A stretch of DNA of 64,000 bases from contig JBDHHA010000036.1 of NCBI GenBank assembly GCA_039589615.1, positions 421 through 64,420 on the forward strand, written 5' to 3'. The DNA is from Gemmatimonadota bacterium. GTDB lineage: Bacteria; Gemmatimonadota; Gemmatimonadetes; Gemmatimonadales; GWC2-71-9. Made by a program: the position numbers and the translations under genes. Shown here in pieces: positions 21,513 to 30,842 of the stretch. Position 1 is the first letter of the stretch, and each line of letters starts with the position of its first letter. The notes below the pieces were generated by a model that saw only the letters and a list, made by a program, of their open reading frames with translations, had not been told where the DNA came from and did not search any database.

Positions 21513-23342
21513 GTGTTTGGACTTTTTTGGCCCGCGTTATATTGCACCGCAACCGATTCCGGGAGACAGGTTGAGGCGACGGAGACCAGAATCCGCAAGA
21601 CAGCGTCCTCGGATCCCTTTGGGGACAGGGGGGCGGGCTTGACGACGCCGGGCCGACCGGGTGTGGAGCTCGCTGCCGATCGCAGGGCCGTCGAGGAGTT
21701 GATTCGGACCCTCCTGAAGGGCTTGCGGGCCATCCAACTCTACCTTCCAAACAACCCCATATATGAGCAGGCGTGCCAGAAGGTGGCCGATGCCTTCACC
21801 GCGGTGTGGCAGGAAACGGACGAGGTGGCCCTCGAGGTCACCGACTCCGAGTTTCGCTGGGGGGAGGAGGTGGTCTACACCGAGCCGAACAAATCCGACA
21901 ACCTGGCGCTGATGCTCTACAAGGACGGTGTCCGGTCCCTCACACTGGCCCCCGGTGTGGAGGAGACTGAGTCGATTCGGCTGCTCGAGGTCCTGAACCG
22001 GGTGCGGAGTCTGCCCCCTGATGCGCCGGACGACTTGCAGACTCTCCTGTGGGAGGAAGAATTCGAGCACGTCCGCTATGTCGCCGTGCAGTTGGGGGAG
22101 GAGGATGGGGATCCCCTTCTGGGTTCCGGTGGTGGGGGCGGGTCCGCCGCTCCACCGCCTGAGTCGGTCAAGGAAGAGGTACAGCGACAACTTGCGGGAG
22201 CGGCCGAGGAACAGGCGGCCAACGAGTTCGTCTCCATCGAAGATTCTGATTCCTCGCTCTACCAGCTCGAGCCGGATGAGGTCGCCTACCTGAAACGGGA
22301 ACTGGCCCGGGAGTACGAGCAGGATCTCCGGACCAACGTGCTGGCCACCCTCTGCGACATCTTTGAGTTTCAGACCGACCCCGACATCCGGTCGGAAATC
22401 CTCACGATTCTCGGGAGTTTTGTCCCTCACCTCCTCGCCGCCGGCGACTCCGACTCCGTGGTGTACGTGCTGCGGGAGACCCAGGCCATTCGCAAGCGGG
22501 CGGAGGAGCTCACCGCGGAGCAGAGCAAAGCCCTCGAGGAGCTTCCGGCGCGACTCTCCGAGCCGGTGGCGTTCGGCCACCTCATGACCGCACTGGAGCA
22601 GGGCGGTCCCAACATCACCGACCAGGAGTTGGAGCGGCTGTTCGCAGGACTCGAAGCCAAAGTGTTCGAGACGGCGTTGGGGTGGCTTCCCCAACTCGCC
22701 TCGGAGCGCATCAAATCGTTGCTCGAGGACGCTCTCATCAAGGTCGCCATTGCCGACTCGAAGGTGCTCACCGACGCCCTGGAGTCTCGCGACCGGGAAG
22801 TGGCGCATGGGGCGGTGGGTTTCGCCAAGACCCTGGCCCTCCCGGAGGTGGTGCCCCCGCTGGGGAGAATCCTGGACGGTCCCGACAAGGATTTGCGGAG
22901 CGAGGCGGTGAGCGTCTTGGAGGCCATCGGGTCCGCCGAGGCGATGCGCGAGCTGGAAAAGGCCATCGACGATCCCAACCGAGGCATCCGCCTCGCCGCC
23001 ATCCGCACGCTGGTGGGGCACGGGTACCAGCGCGTTGTGCCGCACATCGAAATCAAGGTGACCGACAAGGAGTTCAGGAATACGGAACTCACGGAGAAGA
23101 AGGCGTTTCTCGAGGCCTATGGCACACTCGCCGGCGCCGGGGGCGTCGCGCTGCTGGCATCGATGCTTTTGCCGCGGGGATTCATGAAGAAGAAGGAAGA
23201 TCCCCAGATTCGTGCGTGTGCCGCTTTGGGATTGGGGACGATCGGCACCGCGGAGGCAGCGTCCGTGTTGCAGCAAGCCGCCGCGGACAAAGACGCGTTG
23301 GTGCGGAACGCGGTGAATCAAGCCCTTCGGGGCGTGGACTGA
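21513..23342 (+). CDS. HEAT-repeat protein with an N-terminal module shared with the downstream HD-GYP protein
   Basis: The C-terminal half has HEAT-like repeats (LRSEAVSVLEAIGSAEAMRELEKAIDDPNRGIRLAAIRTLV; IRACAALGLGTIGTAEAASVLQQAAADKDALVRNAVNQAL). The start is uncertain: GTG 21513, TTG 21639 or GTG 21663. Confidence 0.75.
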   Translation: MFGLFWPALYCTATDSGRQVEATETRIRKTASSDPFGDRGAGLTTPGRPGVELAADRRAVEELIRTLLKGLRAIQLYLPNNPIYEQACQKVADAFTAVWQETDEVALEVTDSEFRWGEEVVYTEPNKSDNLALMLYKDGVRSLTLAPGVEETESIRLLEVLNRVRSLPPDAPDDLQTLLWEEEFEHVRYVAVQLGEEDGDPLLGSGGGGGSAAPPPESVKEEVQRQLAGAAEEQAANEFVSIEDSDSSLYQLEPDEVAYLKRELAREYEQDLRTNVLATLCDIFEFQTDPDIRSEILTILGSFVPHLLAAGDSDSVVYVLRETQAIRKRAEELTAEQSKALEELPARLSEPVAFGHLMTALEQGGPNITDQELERLFAGLEAKVFETALGWLPQLASERIKSLLEDALIKVAIADSKVLTDALESRDREVAHGAVGFAKTLALPEVVPPLGRILDGPDKDLRSEAVSVLEAIGSAEAMRELEKAIDDPNRGIRLAAIRTLVGHGYQRVVPHIEIKVTDKEFRNTELTEKKAFLEAYGTLAGAGGVALLASMLLPRGFMKKKEDPQIRACAALGLGTIGTAEAASVLQQAAADKDALVRNAVNQALRGVD

Positions 23343-23344
23343 AT

Positions 23345-24844
23345 ATGGCGGAGCGACAACGCGCGCTTGCCGATGCCGTCGAGCGCATCGAATCGGTACA
23401 CCGCCAGCAGGGGCGGGAGTTCTTGGTCAATCTGGGGACGGCGTTGCGGAGCTTCAAGCTGTATCCGGTGGAGAACGAGCAGGTGCAGCGCGGGCTCAAC
23501 GAGCTCGTGGAATCGGCGCGCGCCCTCCATCAGGTGGATCCGGTGTTGGAGATGCACGTCGCCGACGAGGCGGTGTTCATCAACAAGACTCGCCTCCGGC
23601 TGGCCCTCGACCGGTTCGCGTCCCTGGGACACGTGCTGAACACCTTCAAGGATGCGGGTGTCGGGGCGCTGGTAGCCGACGAGGCGGTGAGTCGCAAGGA
23701 ATGGCAGGAGTTGGTCTTGTTGCTCCTCGACGTGAAGGCCCTCGATCCGGAGGCCGACGACGATGAAAGTCTAGAGCATCTCACCGAGTTGCAGGATCGC
23801 CTCGTCGAGCGCGGCGTCATCCACATCTCGTTGGGAGCACCGGCCGCAGAGGGCGGCGGCGGCGGCGGGGAGCTCAACGCCGAAGATCGTGCCCTCGAGA
23901 TTGCCAAGCGGACGTACCAGCGGTCGGTGGCCGTCTCGAAGGAGGTGGTGAGCGCGGTGCGAATGGGTCGGGCCGCCAACGTGCGGAAGATGAAGCGCGC
24001 GGTCCAAAGCATGGTGGATCAGGTGTTGAACAACGAGATCTCCCTCGTCGGACTCACCGCCATCCGCGATTACGACGAGTACACGTTTACGCACTCGGTC
24101 AACGTCTGCATCTTTGCGATTGCCATCGGCAAGCGGCTTCATCTCGGAAAACGCCAGCTGTACGACCTCGGCGTGGCAGCCCTGTTGCACGATGTGGGGA
24201 AGAGCCGTGTTCCCCTGGATCTGATTCAGAAAGAGGGAGCCCTCACCGAAGAGGAGTGGCGGATGATGCAATCCCACCCCTGGTACGGCGTCCTCGCCCT
24301 GTTCCAGATGCAGCAGTCCAGCGACCTGCCCTATCGGGGTATGGTCACGGCGTACGAGCACCACATGAAGATCGACTTGACCGGGTATCCCCGCCCGGTT
24401 CGGCGGCGCAACATGTCGTTCTACTCAAAGATTGTTGCCGTAGCCGACGGGTTCGACGCCGCGACGAGCCGGCGCTCGTATCAGACGCCGATTCAACCTG
24501 ACGAAGTGCTTCGGGAGATGTGGCAGAACCGCCGGCGTGGGTACGACCCGGTGCTGGTCAAGGAGCTCGTCAACCTCGTGGGCATCTACCCGGTGGGCAC
24601 GTGTCTCCTGATGGATACGGGAGAAATCGCCGTCGTTCAGAGTCGTAACCCGGAGCCCGATCTCCTCAGCCGTCCCCTGGTGCGCATCGCCATATCCCCG
24701 GAGGGTGAGATCCTGAACCCCGCCCCTTTGGCCGATCTCGCCGAGAAGGCAGCCGGTGGGCGGTTTGTGCGGTCCATTGTCAAAGTGGCCGATCCGTCCA
24801 AATTCAATATCACGCCTGGTGATTTTCTCATCGGACAGACCTGA
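23345..24844 (+). CDS. HD-GYP domain protein (putative c-di-GMP phosphodiesterase)
   Basis: The ATG lies 2 nt after the HEAT gene stop. Contains HSVNVCIFAIAIG...LLHDVGKSRVP...HPWYG...YEHHMKIDLTGYPRP. The 720-aa ORF-track entry includes a spurious upstream extension. Confidence 0.85.
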   Translation: MAERQRALADAVERIESVHRQQGREFLVNLGTALRSFKLYPVENEQVQRGLNELVESARALHQVDPVLEMHVADEAVFINKTRLRLALDRFASLGHVLNTFKDAGVGALVADEAVSRKEWQELVLLLLDVKALDPEADDDESLEHLTELQDRLVERGVIHISLGAPAAEGGGGGGELNAEDRALEIAKRTYQRSVAVSKEVVSAVRMGRAANVRKMKRAVQSMVDQVLNNEISLVGLTAIRDYDEYTFTHSVNVCIFAIAIGKRLHLGKRQLYDLGVAALLHDVGKSRVPLDLIQKEGALTEEEWRMMQSHPWYGVLALFQMQQSSDLPYRGMVTAYEHHMKIDLTGYPRPVRRRNMSFYSKIVAVADGFDAATSRRSYQTPIQPDEVLREMWQNRRRGYDPVLVKELVNLVGIYPVGTCLLMDTGEIAVVQSRNPEPDLLSRPLVRIAISPEGEILNPAPLADLAEKAAGGRFVRSIVKVADPSKFNITPGDFLIGQT

Positions 24845-24854
24845 GACCTGACAC

Positions 24855-26957
24855 ATGAGACGGATCCAGACCGACACGCTGGTTCGGTGGTTCGCGTGGT
24901 TTTTGGCGTATGGGGGACCGGCGCTCCTCCTCGTGGCCATGGCGCTGAACACCGATTGGCTGGGGCGGCTCCCGGAATTGGCGATCATGACCGTCGCCGC
25001 AGTGGTGTTCCGGGCCACGGCCGTGCCGCTGGGAAAATACTCCTACTCGTCGCCTCTGGGGCTCCTCGCGGTGAGTGGCTCGCTGCTGGTGGGCGGAATG
25101 TCAACGGCACTGTCGGTGGGGTTGGGAGCGGCAATCGCCGACCGGGTGATTCAGCGAAAGGCTGCTTGGCCCGTCATGGTCAATACAGGCAGGGAGGTCA
25201 TCAGCGTCCTTTCAGCCTACGGCTTCTATGGGTTGGTGTCGGAGTTGACCGGTGGGGGGGCGCCCCTCAGCGCCGAGGGGTTCGTCGGCAGCGTCGTCTT
25301 CGTCACGACCTACTTCTTCGTCAATCGGACTCTGTTCTACTTCAGCCTGCTGATCCGGCAGAAACTGGGGACCTCCGAGCAGCTCATCATCCTTCGTTAC
25401 GAGATCATTCACTCAGCTCTTATCCTTCTCGCGTCGGCGCTGGTGATCGCCACAGTGGTCGGGTTGCCGGTCGCGGCGTGGCCGTTCGTGGGAGCCTTCT
25501 TGGTCTTCGGCGCGGTTCTGGCAAAGCAAATGGGGGAAGAGGTTGTACAGGCCGAAGAGCTGAACAAGCTGCACGCCATGGACGCGGTCATTACGGGCAC
25601 CGCTGGACTCGAGGAATCCCTGGCGCAGATCGAGAGCCTCGCCGACCGGACGTTGGATTGGGGCGCCTATCGGGTGCACGGCTATACCGACGGTGCCTTT
25701 GTACCGCTGTATATCGGGGCGATCGGCCGCCAGGACCGGGAGGAAGGACCGGACGGTCTCGAGGTGCTCCGCTCCGAAGTGGTGGAGGGCGGAGAGCCCA
25801 TCGTTATCCAGGATACCGGCCGTGATGCCCGAACCATGGATTTCCCCGACCAGGTACGGTGCGTGGCGGTGGTCCCCCTGCGGTTGGGTCCCGAGATCAT
25901 CGGCACCTTGGAACTGGAGCACCACAAACACCGGGAGTATCGACGGATTCAGCTCGCCCTGATCGAAGCGTGCGCGTTGCGCGTTGCGGCGGTGGTCCAC
26001 ATCCACGAGCTGCGGCGACCGTTGGTGGCGACGGTGGCTCGCATCAACGAAGAGGTCACCCACCTGCGCCAGGCAACCGACGCCCTTCGCCAGGCGGCAG
26101 CGGCGATGACCCAATCCACATCGGCCATCGGAGAGGGTCTGTCGCAACAGGATCTCGAGGTGGCCGCCGGGTTCAACGACACCGAGAGCCTCTCACGGTC
26201 ATCCGCCGAAGTGGTCAACGAGGGTGCCGAAGCCGCGAAGGTGACGTCGACGGCGAGCGAAGTAGCGCACCGGAGTCGTGAGACCATCGGCGAGGCCATC
26301 GAGAAGCTGGTCGACCTCAAGGGGTTTGTCGCCGAGAGCTCTGGCAAGGTGAGCGAGTTGGAGACGGTGAGCGGCAAGATCGTCAAATTCATCTCGTCGA
26401 TCCGTGAGCTGGCCGATCTCACCAATCTCCTGGCCCTCAACGCGGGCATCGAGGCCGCCCGTGCCGGCGAGCACGGGCGTGGCTTCGCCGTGGTGGCGCA
26501 GGAAGTGGGTCGTTTGGCGGAGCAGAGCTCGTCCACAGCCGCGGAGGCCGGGGAGTTGATCGCAGATCTGCAGGCGAGCCTCGCCGAGGTAGTGCAGCAG
26601 ATGCGACGAGGAAAGCTCTCGGTGGCGGGCGTTGAGGAGGTGAGCACCGACGGGGTCCGCGCGATGGATTCCATCGTGGAGGCGACCGCCGAAGCGACGC
26701 AACGAGCCCGCCACATTGCCGAAACGGCGGAGGGACAGCAAAGCGCCTTCGCGGGCCTCCGGGAACGCATCAGCGCCGTCGCGGACATTTCGTCACGCAA
26801 CCGGTCGGATGCCACCGACGTCACCGAGCGCGCTCACGACGTCGAGAAGCGACTCGACGAGATGGCGGCGGCCTCCCGCGAGCTCGAGCAGGTGGCGGCC
26901 ATGCTGGCGGACATCACCGACCGATTCACCACCGACTCCGGAAGCACGATCCTTTGA
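24855..26957 (+). CDS. multi-TM membrane protein with GAF-like domain and MCP (methyl-accepting) signalling domain
   Basis: ~240-aa N-terminal region with about 6-7 hydrophobic helices. GAF-like core ([20 protein letters not shown]). MCP hairpin tip [34 protein letters not shown]. Confidence 0.85.
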   Translation: MRRIQTDTLVRWFAWFLAYGGPALLLVAMALNTDWLGRLPELAIMTVAAVVFRATAVPLGKYSYSSPLGLLAVSGSLLVGGMSTALSVGLGAAIADRVIQRKAAWPVMVNTGREVISVLSAYGFYGLVSELTGGGAPLSAEGFVGSVVFVTTYFFVNRTLFYFSLLIRQKLGTSEQLIILRYEIIHSALILLASALVIATVVGLPVAAWPFVGAFLVFGAVLAKQMGEEVVQAEELNKLHAMDAVITGTAGLEESLAQIESLADRTLDWGAYRVHGYTDGAFVPLYIGAIGRQDREEGPDGLEVLRSEVVEGGEPIVIQDTGRDARTMDFPDQVRCVAVVPLRLGPEIIGTLELEHHKHREYRRIQLALIEACALRVAAVVHIHELRRPLVATVARINEEVTHLRQATDALRQAAAAMTQSTSAIGEGLSQQDLEVAAGFNDTESLSRSSAEVVNEGAEAAKVTSTASEVAHRSRETIGEAIEKLVDLKGFVAESSGKVSELETVSGKIVKFISSIRELADLTNLLALNAGIEAARAGEHGRGFAVVAQEVGRLAEQSSSTAAEAGELIADLQASLAEVVQQMRRGKLSVAGVEEVSTDGVRAMDSIVEATAEATQRARHIAETAEGQQSAFAGLRERISAVADISSRNRSDATDVTERAHDVEKRLDEMAAASRELEQVAAMLADITDRFTTDSGSTIL

Positions 26958-26991
26958 CAAGCCCCGCCGAACCCATCTACCATTGCTCGGT

Positions 26992-27369
26992 ATGACACGG
27001 GATTGTATCTCGCTCAAGGCGATGCGCTTCCATACCTGCGTGGGGTTGTTGCCGCACGAGGAGCACGTGCCCCAGCCCCTCGAGCTCGATCTCACGGTGT
27101 GGCTGTCACTCCGCCAAGTCGGTGAAACGGATTCACCAACCGCATTGCTGGATTACCGCCGATTGTACCGCATGGTCTCCGAGACGGTGGGGGCGAGTCC
27201 GCATCGCCTGCTGGAAGCACTCTGTGAGAAAGTCGCCGCGCAGGCGCTCGCCATGGATCCGGTAGAGCGCGTTCGGGTGGCGGCCCGTAAACCTCACGCC
27301 CCCATCGATGGTCCCCTCGACTTCGTGGAAGTCGTCGTCGAGCGAGGCGGGGCGGATGCCGTTGGCTGA
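26992..27369 (+). CDS. folB: dihydroneopterin aldolase
   Basis: ISLKAMRFHTCVGLLPHEEHVPQPLELDLTVWL...DYRRLY fits the FolB pattern. The internal ATG of the longer ORF was used. Confidence 0.85.
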   Translation: MTRDCISLKAMRFHTCVGLLPHEEHVPQPLELDLTVWLSLRQVGETDSPTALLDYRRLYRMVSETVGASPHRLLEALCEKVAAQALAMDPVERVRVAARKPHAPIDGPLDFVEVVVERGGADAVG

Positions 27370-28312
27370 GCTGGCCTTTGTCGCCCTCGGTTCAAACATG
27401 GGAAACCGAGCGGCACACCTGAAGGCCGCTCGGCGGAAGCTGGCGGCGCTACCCGACACGTCCCTCGTCGCCGAGAGCGCCATCGAGAAGACGAAGCCGT
27501 TGGGGCGCATCCCGCAGCGCAAGTACCTGAACCAGATGGTGCTGCTGCGCACGAGCCTGACGCCACGGGATGTTCTGGCTGCAGGTCTGGAAGCGGAGCG
27601 GGAGGCGGGTCGGGTGCGGGACGAGCGGTGGGGACCTCGGACGCTGGACGTAGATCTGGTTCGGTTTGGCGACCACCGCATCGATGAACCGCAACTCACG
27701 GTGCCGCATCCCGAGCTTCCGAACCGTCCGTTCTGGTTGCGCGAGCATGGGGAGTTGTTGCTGGCTGTGAACGGCAACGGCGTGCCGGAGTGGGCCCAGA
27801 TTGGAGACGCACGCCGGGAGCACATCCGCCGGGTGGCTGCGCTGGTGGAGACCTGGGCCGTCGCCATGGGCCGCGATCCCGGGGAGCGGGCCCGCTGGGT
27901 TCGGGCGGCCTTTCTCCATGATGCGCTGCGCGGGGCGCCGAGCAAGGAACTTGCCCGACTGGCCGACAAGAAATGGGACATTCCGGGTCTGTATCACGGC
28001 CCGGCCGCCGCCAGGATGGCCGAAGAGCGCGGTGAAACAGATGTCGGCGTGCTGAACGCCGTTCGTTACCATTCGGTGGGGTACGTCGGTTGGGACGACG
28101 TCGGTCGGATGCTCTACATGGCAGACTATCTCGAGCCGGGCCGGTCGTTCAAACGCAACAAGCGGGCAAGATTGGCGGCCCGCGTCCCGCGCAAACCGAA
28201 GGCCGTGTTGAAGCGCATCGTGCGCCAACGTCAGAGGAAATCACTCGAGACCAAATGGCGAATCGTTCCCGAAGAATCCGAATTCTGGAACCGTCTCGTC
28301 GGCCCGCCGTAG
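27356..28312 (+). CDS. folK: HPPK (FolK) fused to a YqeK-like HD-domain hydrolase
   Basis: The N-terminal half has AFVALGSNMGNR...WGPRTLDVDLV...LTVPHPEL (HPPK). The C-terminal half has AAFLHDALR...YHGPAAA...AVRYHS...MLYMADYLEPGRSF (YqeK-type HD). Confidence 0.85.
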   Translation: MPLAELAFVALGSNMGNRAAHLKAARRKLAALPDTSLVAESAIEKTKPLGRIPQRKYLNQMVLLRTSLTPRDVLAAGLEAEREAGRVRDERWGPRTLDVDLVRFGDHRIDEPQLTVPHPELPNRPFWLREHGELLLAVNGNGVPEWAQIGDARREHIRRVAALVETWAVAMGRDPGERARWVRAAFLHDALRGAPSKELARLADKKWDIPGLYHGPAAARMAEERGETDVGVLNAVRYHSVGYVGWDDVGRMLYMADYLEPGRSFKRNKRARLAARVPRKPKAVLKRIVRQRQRKSLETKWRIVPEESEFWNRLVGPP

Positions 28313-28701
28313 CGCTCGTGGCGGCGGCCACGGTGGTCTTGGCCCTCGGTGGGTGGTGGATGTTGCGCCGGACCCCGTCCGATGCCGTACCATTTCGCAT
28401 ACCGGGGGAGGAGGGCCGGATCACGGTCGAGGTCCTCAATGGAACGACGGTGAACGGCCTGGCCCGTCAGGTTACGCGGGAGTTGCGGCGCCGGGGAATC
28501 GACGTCGTCTATTTCGGCACCACCGAGCACACCGATTCCACCTTGGTAATCGCACGGCAAAGTGATACGGAAGCGGCCCGCACGGTACAGCGAGCGCTGG
28601 GGACCGGCGCCGTCATCGATGAGCCGTCGCCTCAGCTGTTGCTGGACGTCACTGTCGTGCTGGGACCGGACGCCGTACGGTCCACTTCCGCCCGCAACTG
28701 A
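28255..28701 (+). CDS. LytR_C domain membrane-anchored protein
   Basis: N-terminal TM helix VALVAAATVVLALGGWWML. C-terminal ITVEVLNGTTVNGLARQVTRELRRRGIDVV...VTVVLGPD. Confidence 0.75.
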   Translation: MANRSRRIRILEPSRRPAVALVAAATVVLALGGWWMLRRTPSDAVPFRIPGEEGRITVEVLNGTTVNGLARQVTRELRRRGIDVVYFGTTEHTDSTLVIARQSDTEAARTVQRALGTGAVIDEPSPQLLLDVTVVLGPDAVRSTSARN

Positions 28702-29696
28702 CCGCAAGCCGCGCTGATATCGAGACCCCTACTGCGCCGCACGGTCACGTTCACGCCAGCTTCCCGCAATCGTCTCGCAAATCGCTTGGTCTCGGCCGGC
28801 ATCACGGGCAACAGGCCGTCCACTCCGCCGGGGTGCAGGGGAAGAAGGTTTACCAGGGCGCCAAGCGGTGTCGCCACCGCGGCCAGCGCGTCGGCGTCAC
28901 GCATCGAGTCGTTGGCGCCCCGAATGAGGACGTACTCGAAGGTGATGCGCCGCGCAAAGGCGGAAACGGCCGCCGCGAGCTGTTCCACCGGATATTTCCG
29001 TTCGACCGGCATGATGGCGGCGCGGCGCTCCGAGATGGCGGCGTGCAGTGAGATGGCCAGCCGGAATTGCTCCGGTCGCGCGGCCAACTTGGCGAGCTTC
29101 GGCACGATGCCCACCGTGCTCACGGTTATATGCCGCGCGCCCAGGCCCATCCCGGCGGATGCATTGAGGATGGTGAGGGCGGTATCCACGGCGTCCCAAT
29201 TGTGGAGCGGCTCTCCCATTCCCATGAAGACCACGTTGGTGGGCTTACCGAACTCCGGGTCCAGCAGCATTTCGCGCACCTGGCCCGTGATCTCCCATGG
29301 CTCCAGATGACGCTGAAAGCCCATGCGTCCGGTGGCGCAGAACACGCACCCGAAGGCGCACCCCGCCTGGGAAGAGATGCACAGGGTCCGGCGCTTCCCC
29401 TCGGGGATCCAGACCGATTCGATCAGGAGTCCATCTGGGAGTCGCCAGAGGAACTTCACGGTCCCGTCAGTTGACGACTGGCGCGTTTCCAGCTCCAGCC
29501 GGGGGATCGCCGCCGCATTGGAGAGGTCATCCACGAGCCGGTGGGGAAGCTCCGTGATATCCGCCCAGGTGGCCACGGGTCGTGACCACAACCGCGGAAG
29601 GATTTGTTTCGCGCGATAGGCGGGCTCGCCGCGTTCAGCCACCCACGCGACGATGCGTCGATAGGCTTCGTCGGGAGTCGAGTTGAGGATGTTCAT
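28632..29696 (-). CDS. rlmN: 23S rRNA/tRNA (adenine-C2)-methyltransferase, radical SAM
   Basis: The start MNILNSTPDE overlaps the stop of the upstream gene (ATGA). Contains YRAKQILPRLW, CISSQAGCAFGCVFCATG (CxxxCxxC) and DISAACGQL. Confidence 0.92.
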   Translation of the reverse strand: MNILNSTPDEAYRRIVAWVAERGEPAYRAKQILPRLWSRPVATWADITELPHRLVDDLSNAAAIPRLELETRQSSTDGTVKFLWRLPDGLLIESVWIPEGKRRTLCISSQAGCAFGCVFCATGRMGFQRHLEPWEITGQVREMLLDPEFGKPTNVVFMGMGEPLHNWDAVDTALTILNASAGMGLGARHITVSTVGIVPKLAKLAARPEQFRLAISLHAAISERRAAIMPVERKYPVEQLAAAVSAFARRITFEYVLIRGANDSMRDADALAAVATPLGALVNLLPLHPGGVDGLLPVMPAETKRFARRLREAGVNVTVRRSRGLDISAACGQLRAEVDRTASGPSTTVTSSNS

Positions 29697-30589
29697 CGCG
29701 CCAGATCGACACCGAACGCGAACCGGTACGTGGCCCCCAGACCATTGATACCGCTCCCACGGGCGGCGGTCGCTGCGTAGCGTCCCAACACGACCCCAAT
29801 CTGAAAGGCCGGACGCCACGCCGACGATCCGAAGGCTTGTTCTCTGGACAGGGCGCCGTCGATCGACAGCCACCCGTTCAGCACGACGCCTCCGCCGAAG
29901 GTGTGCTCGACCCCCCCGGGATTGCGGTAGCTCAGCCCGTAGCGCCCCACCAACTCCGTAGGATTCCCCCACAGCGCCACGGTGGCAGCCTGGTACCGGA
30001 GGCCCGCGTAGTAGTCCGTCGTGGCGTCCGATTCGAACGTCACGGGCAGAAAATGCGTGGCCGCCGCCACGCTGAGCCGGGGAAGGGGATCGACCCGCAG
30101 GCCGAAGTCCAACGTCACCCCGCTGCTGCGCTCGGCGTCAAACCGTGACTCGTGCCCCCGCAGGGCTCCCCCCACGTGTACCCCCCCGACCTCGAGTCCT
30201 CCGTACACGCCGACGAACTGCTCGTACACCGGGATCGATCCCAACTCGCTGAGGGGGGAATCGATGGTCCGGACCAGGTCCCGCACCTCCACGCGTCCCA
30301 CGCTGACCCCCAGGAGGCCCACGTCGGCGATGGCGTGATACGCTCCCGCCAGGATGCCGGACAAGCCCACGGCATCGGGCGTCTGGAGCACCTGTACTCC
30401 GGCCCCGATGGTTGCCTGCCGGGGCCACGTCGCGGGGTTCCAAAAGGAGCCGGTGGGGCCGGATTGGAGGCCCGGCGGCGTGGCCAGCGACGCAGTGGCC
30501 ACCCGCCACATCGCTGACGACTGGGGAGCCTGGGCGAGGCCGGCGGCCGGGATCAGCAGGCAGCACGCAAGGGGCAGGAAGGGCCGCAT
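29693..30589 (-). CDS. putative outer-membrane beta-barrel protein (possibly PorV/PorQ-like)
   Basis: Signal MRPFLPLACCLLIPAAGLAQA. An FWNPA motif near the N-terminus. Alternating-hydrophobicity strands throughout. Confidence 0.5.
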   Translation of the reverse strand: MRPFLPLACCLLIPAAGLAQAPQSSAMWRVATASLATPPGLQSGPTGSFWNPATWPRQATIGAGVQVLQTPDAVGLSGILAGAYHAIADVGLLGVSVGRVEVRDLVRTIDSPLSELGSIPVYEQFVGVYGGLEVGGVHVGGALRGHESRFDAERSSGVTLDFGLRVDPLPRLSVAAATHFLPVTFESDATTDYYAGLRYQAATVALWGNPTELVGRYGLSYRNPGGVEHTFGGGVVLNGWLSIDGALSREQAFGSSAWRPAFQIGVVLGRYAATAARGSGINGLGATYRFAFGVDLAR

Positions 30590-30842
30590 GGGTCGAAGGT
30601 TCGACGGGCGCTCCGGCCCCGTCAAGGTGCCGCTTGCTGGGGTTTCTGACCGCCGTTATGTTCAAGGATCTCTAGCACTTGGACGGTTTGGTTCGGCGTG
30701 AATCTGCACTGTTCGCTGAGCCCCAAACGCGGCCGGTTCGTCGACCGATCCTCCGGTCGGGATACGGAAGCGCGGCGGGTAGACACTTCGAAGCCTCCCA
30801 CCCTTGCCCCATCGCCCTGAGAACATCGTGACACGGACGACC

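Noticed and set aside
21537-23321. 594-aa minus-strand ORF antisense to the HEAT-repeat gene.
   Set aside because: It mirrors the plus-strand gene almost exactly and has an Arg/Gly/Leu/His/Pro-rich low-complexity translation. The plus-strand product has recognisable HEAT repeats and is tightly coupled to the next gene.
22682-23344. N-terminal 221-codon extension of the HD-GYP ORF (the 720-aa ORF-track entry).
   Set aside because: It lies in an alternative frame of the HEAT gene and its translation is Arg/Gly-rich. The ATG at 23345 sits 2 nt after the HEAT gene stop, and the homologous N-terminal module begins there.
28632-28701. 70-bp convergent overlap of the LytR_C gene and rlmN as a sign of mis-assembly or antisense regulation.
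   Set aside because: Both ORFs have family-typical sequence up to near their ends. Modest convergent overlaps (also recQ / FG-GAP at 59368-59434) are common in compact GC-rich genomes, where stop codons are rare.
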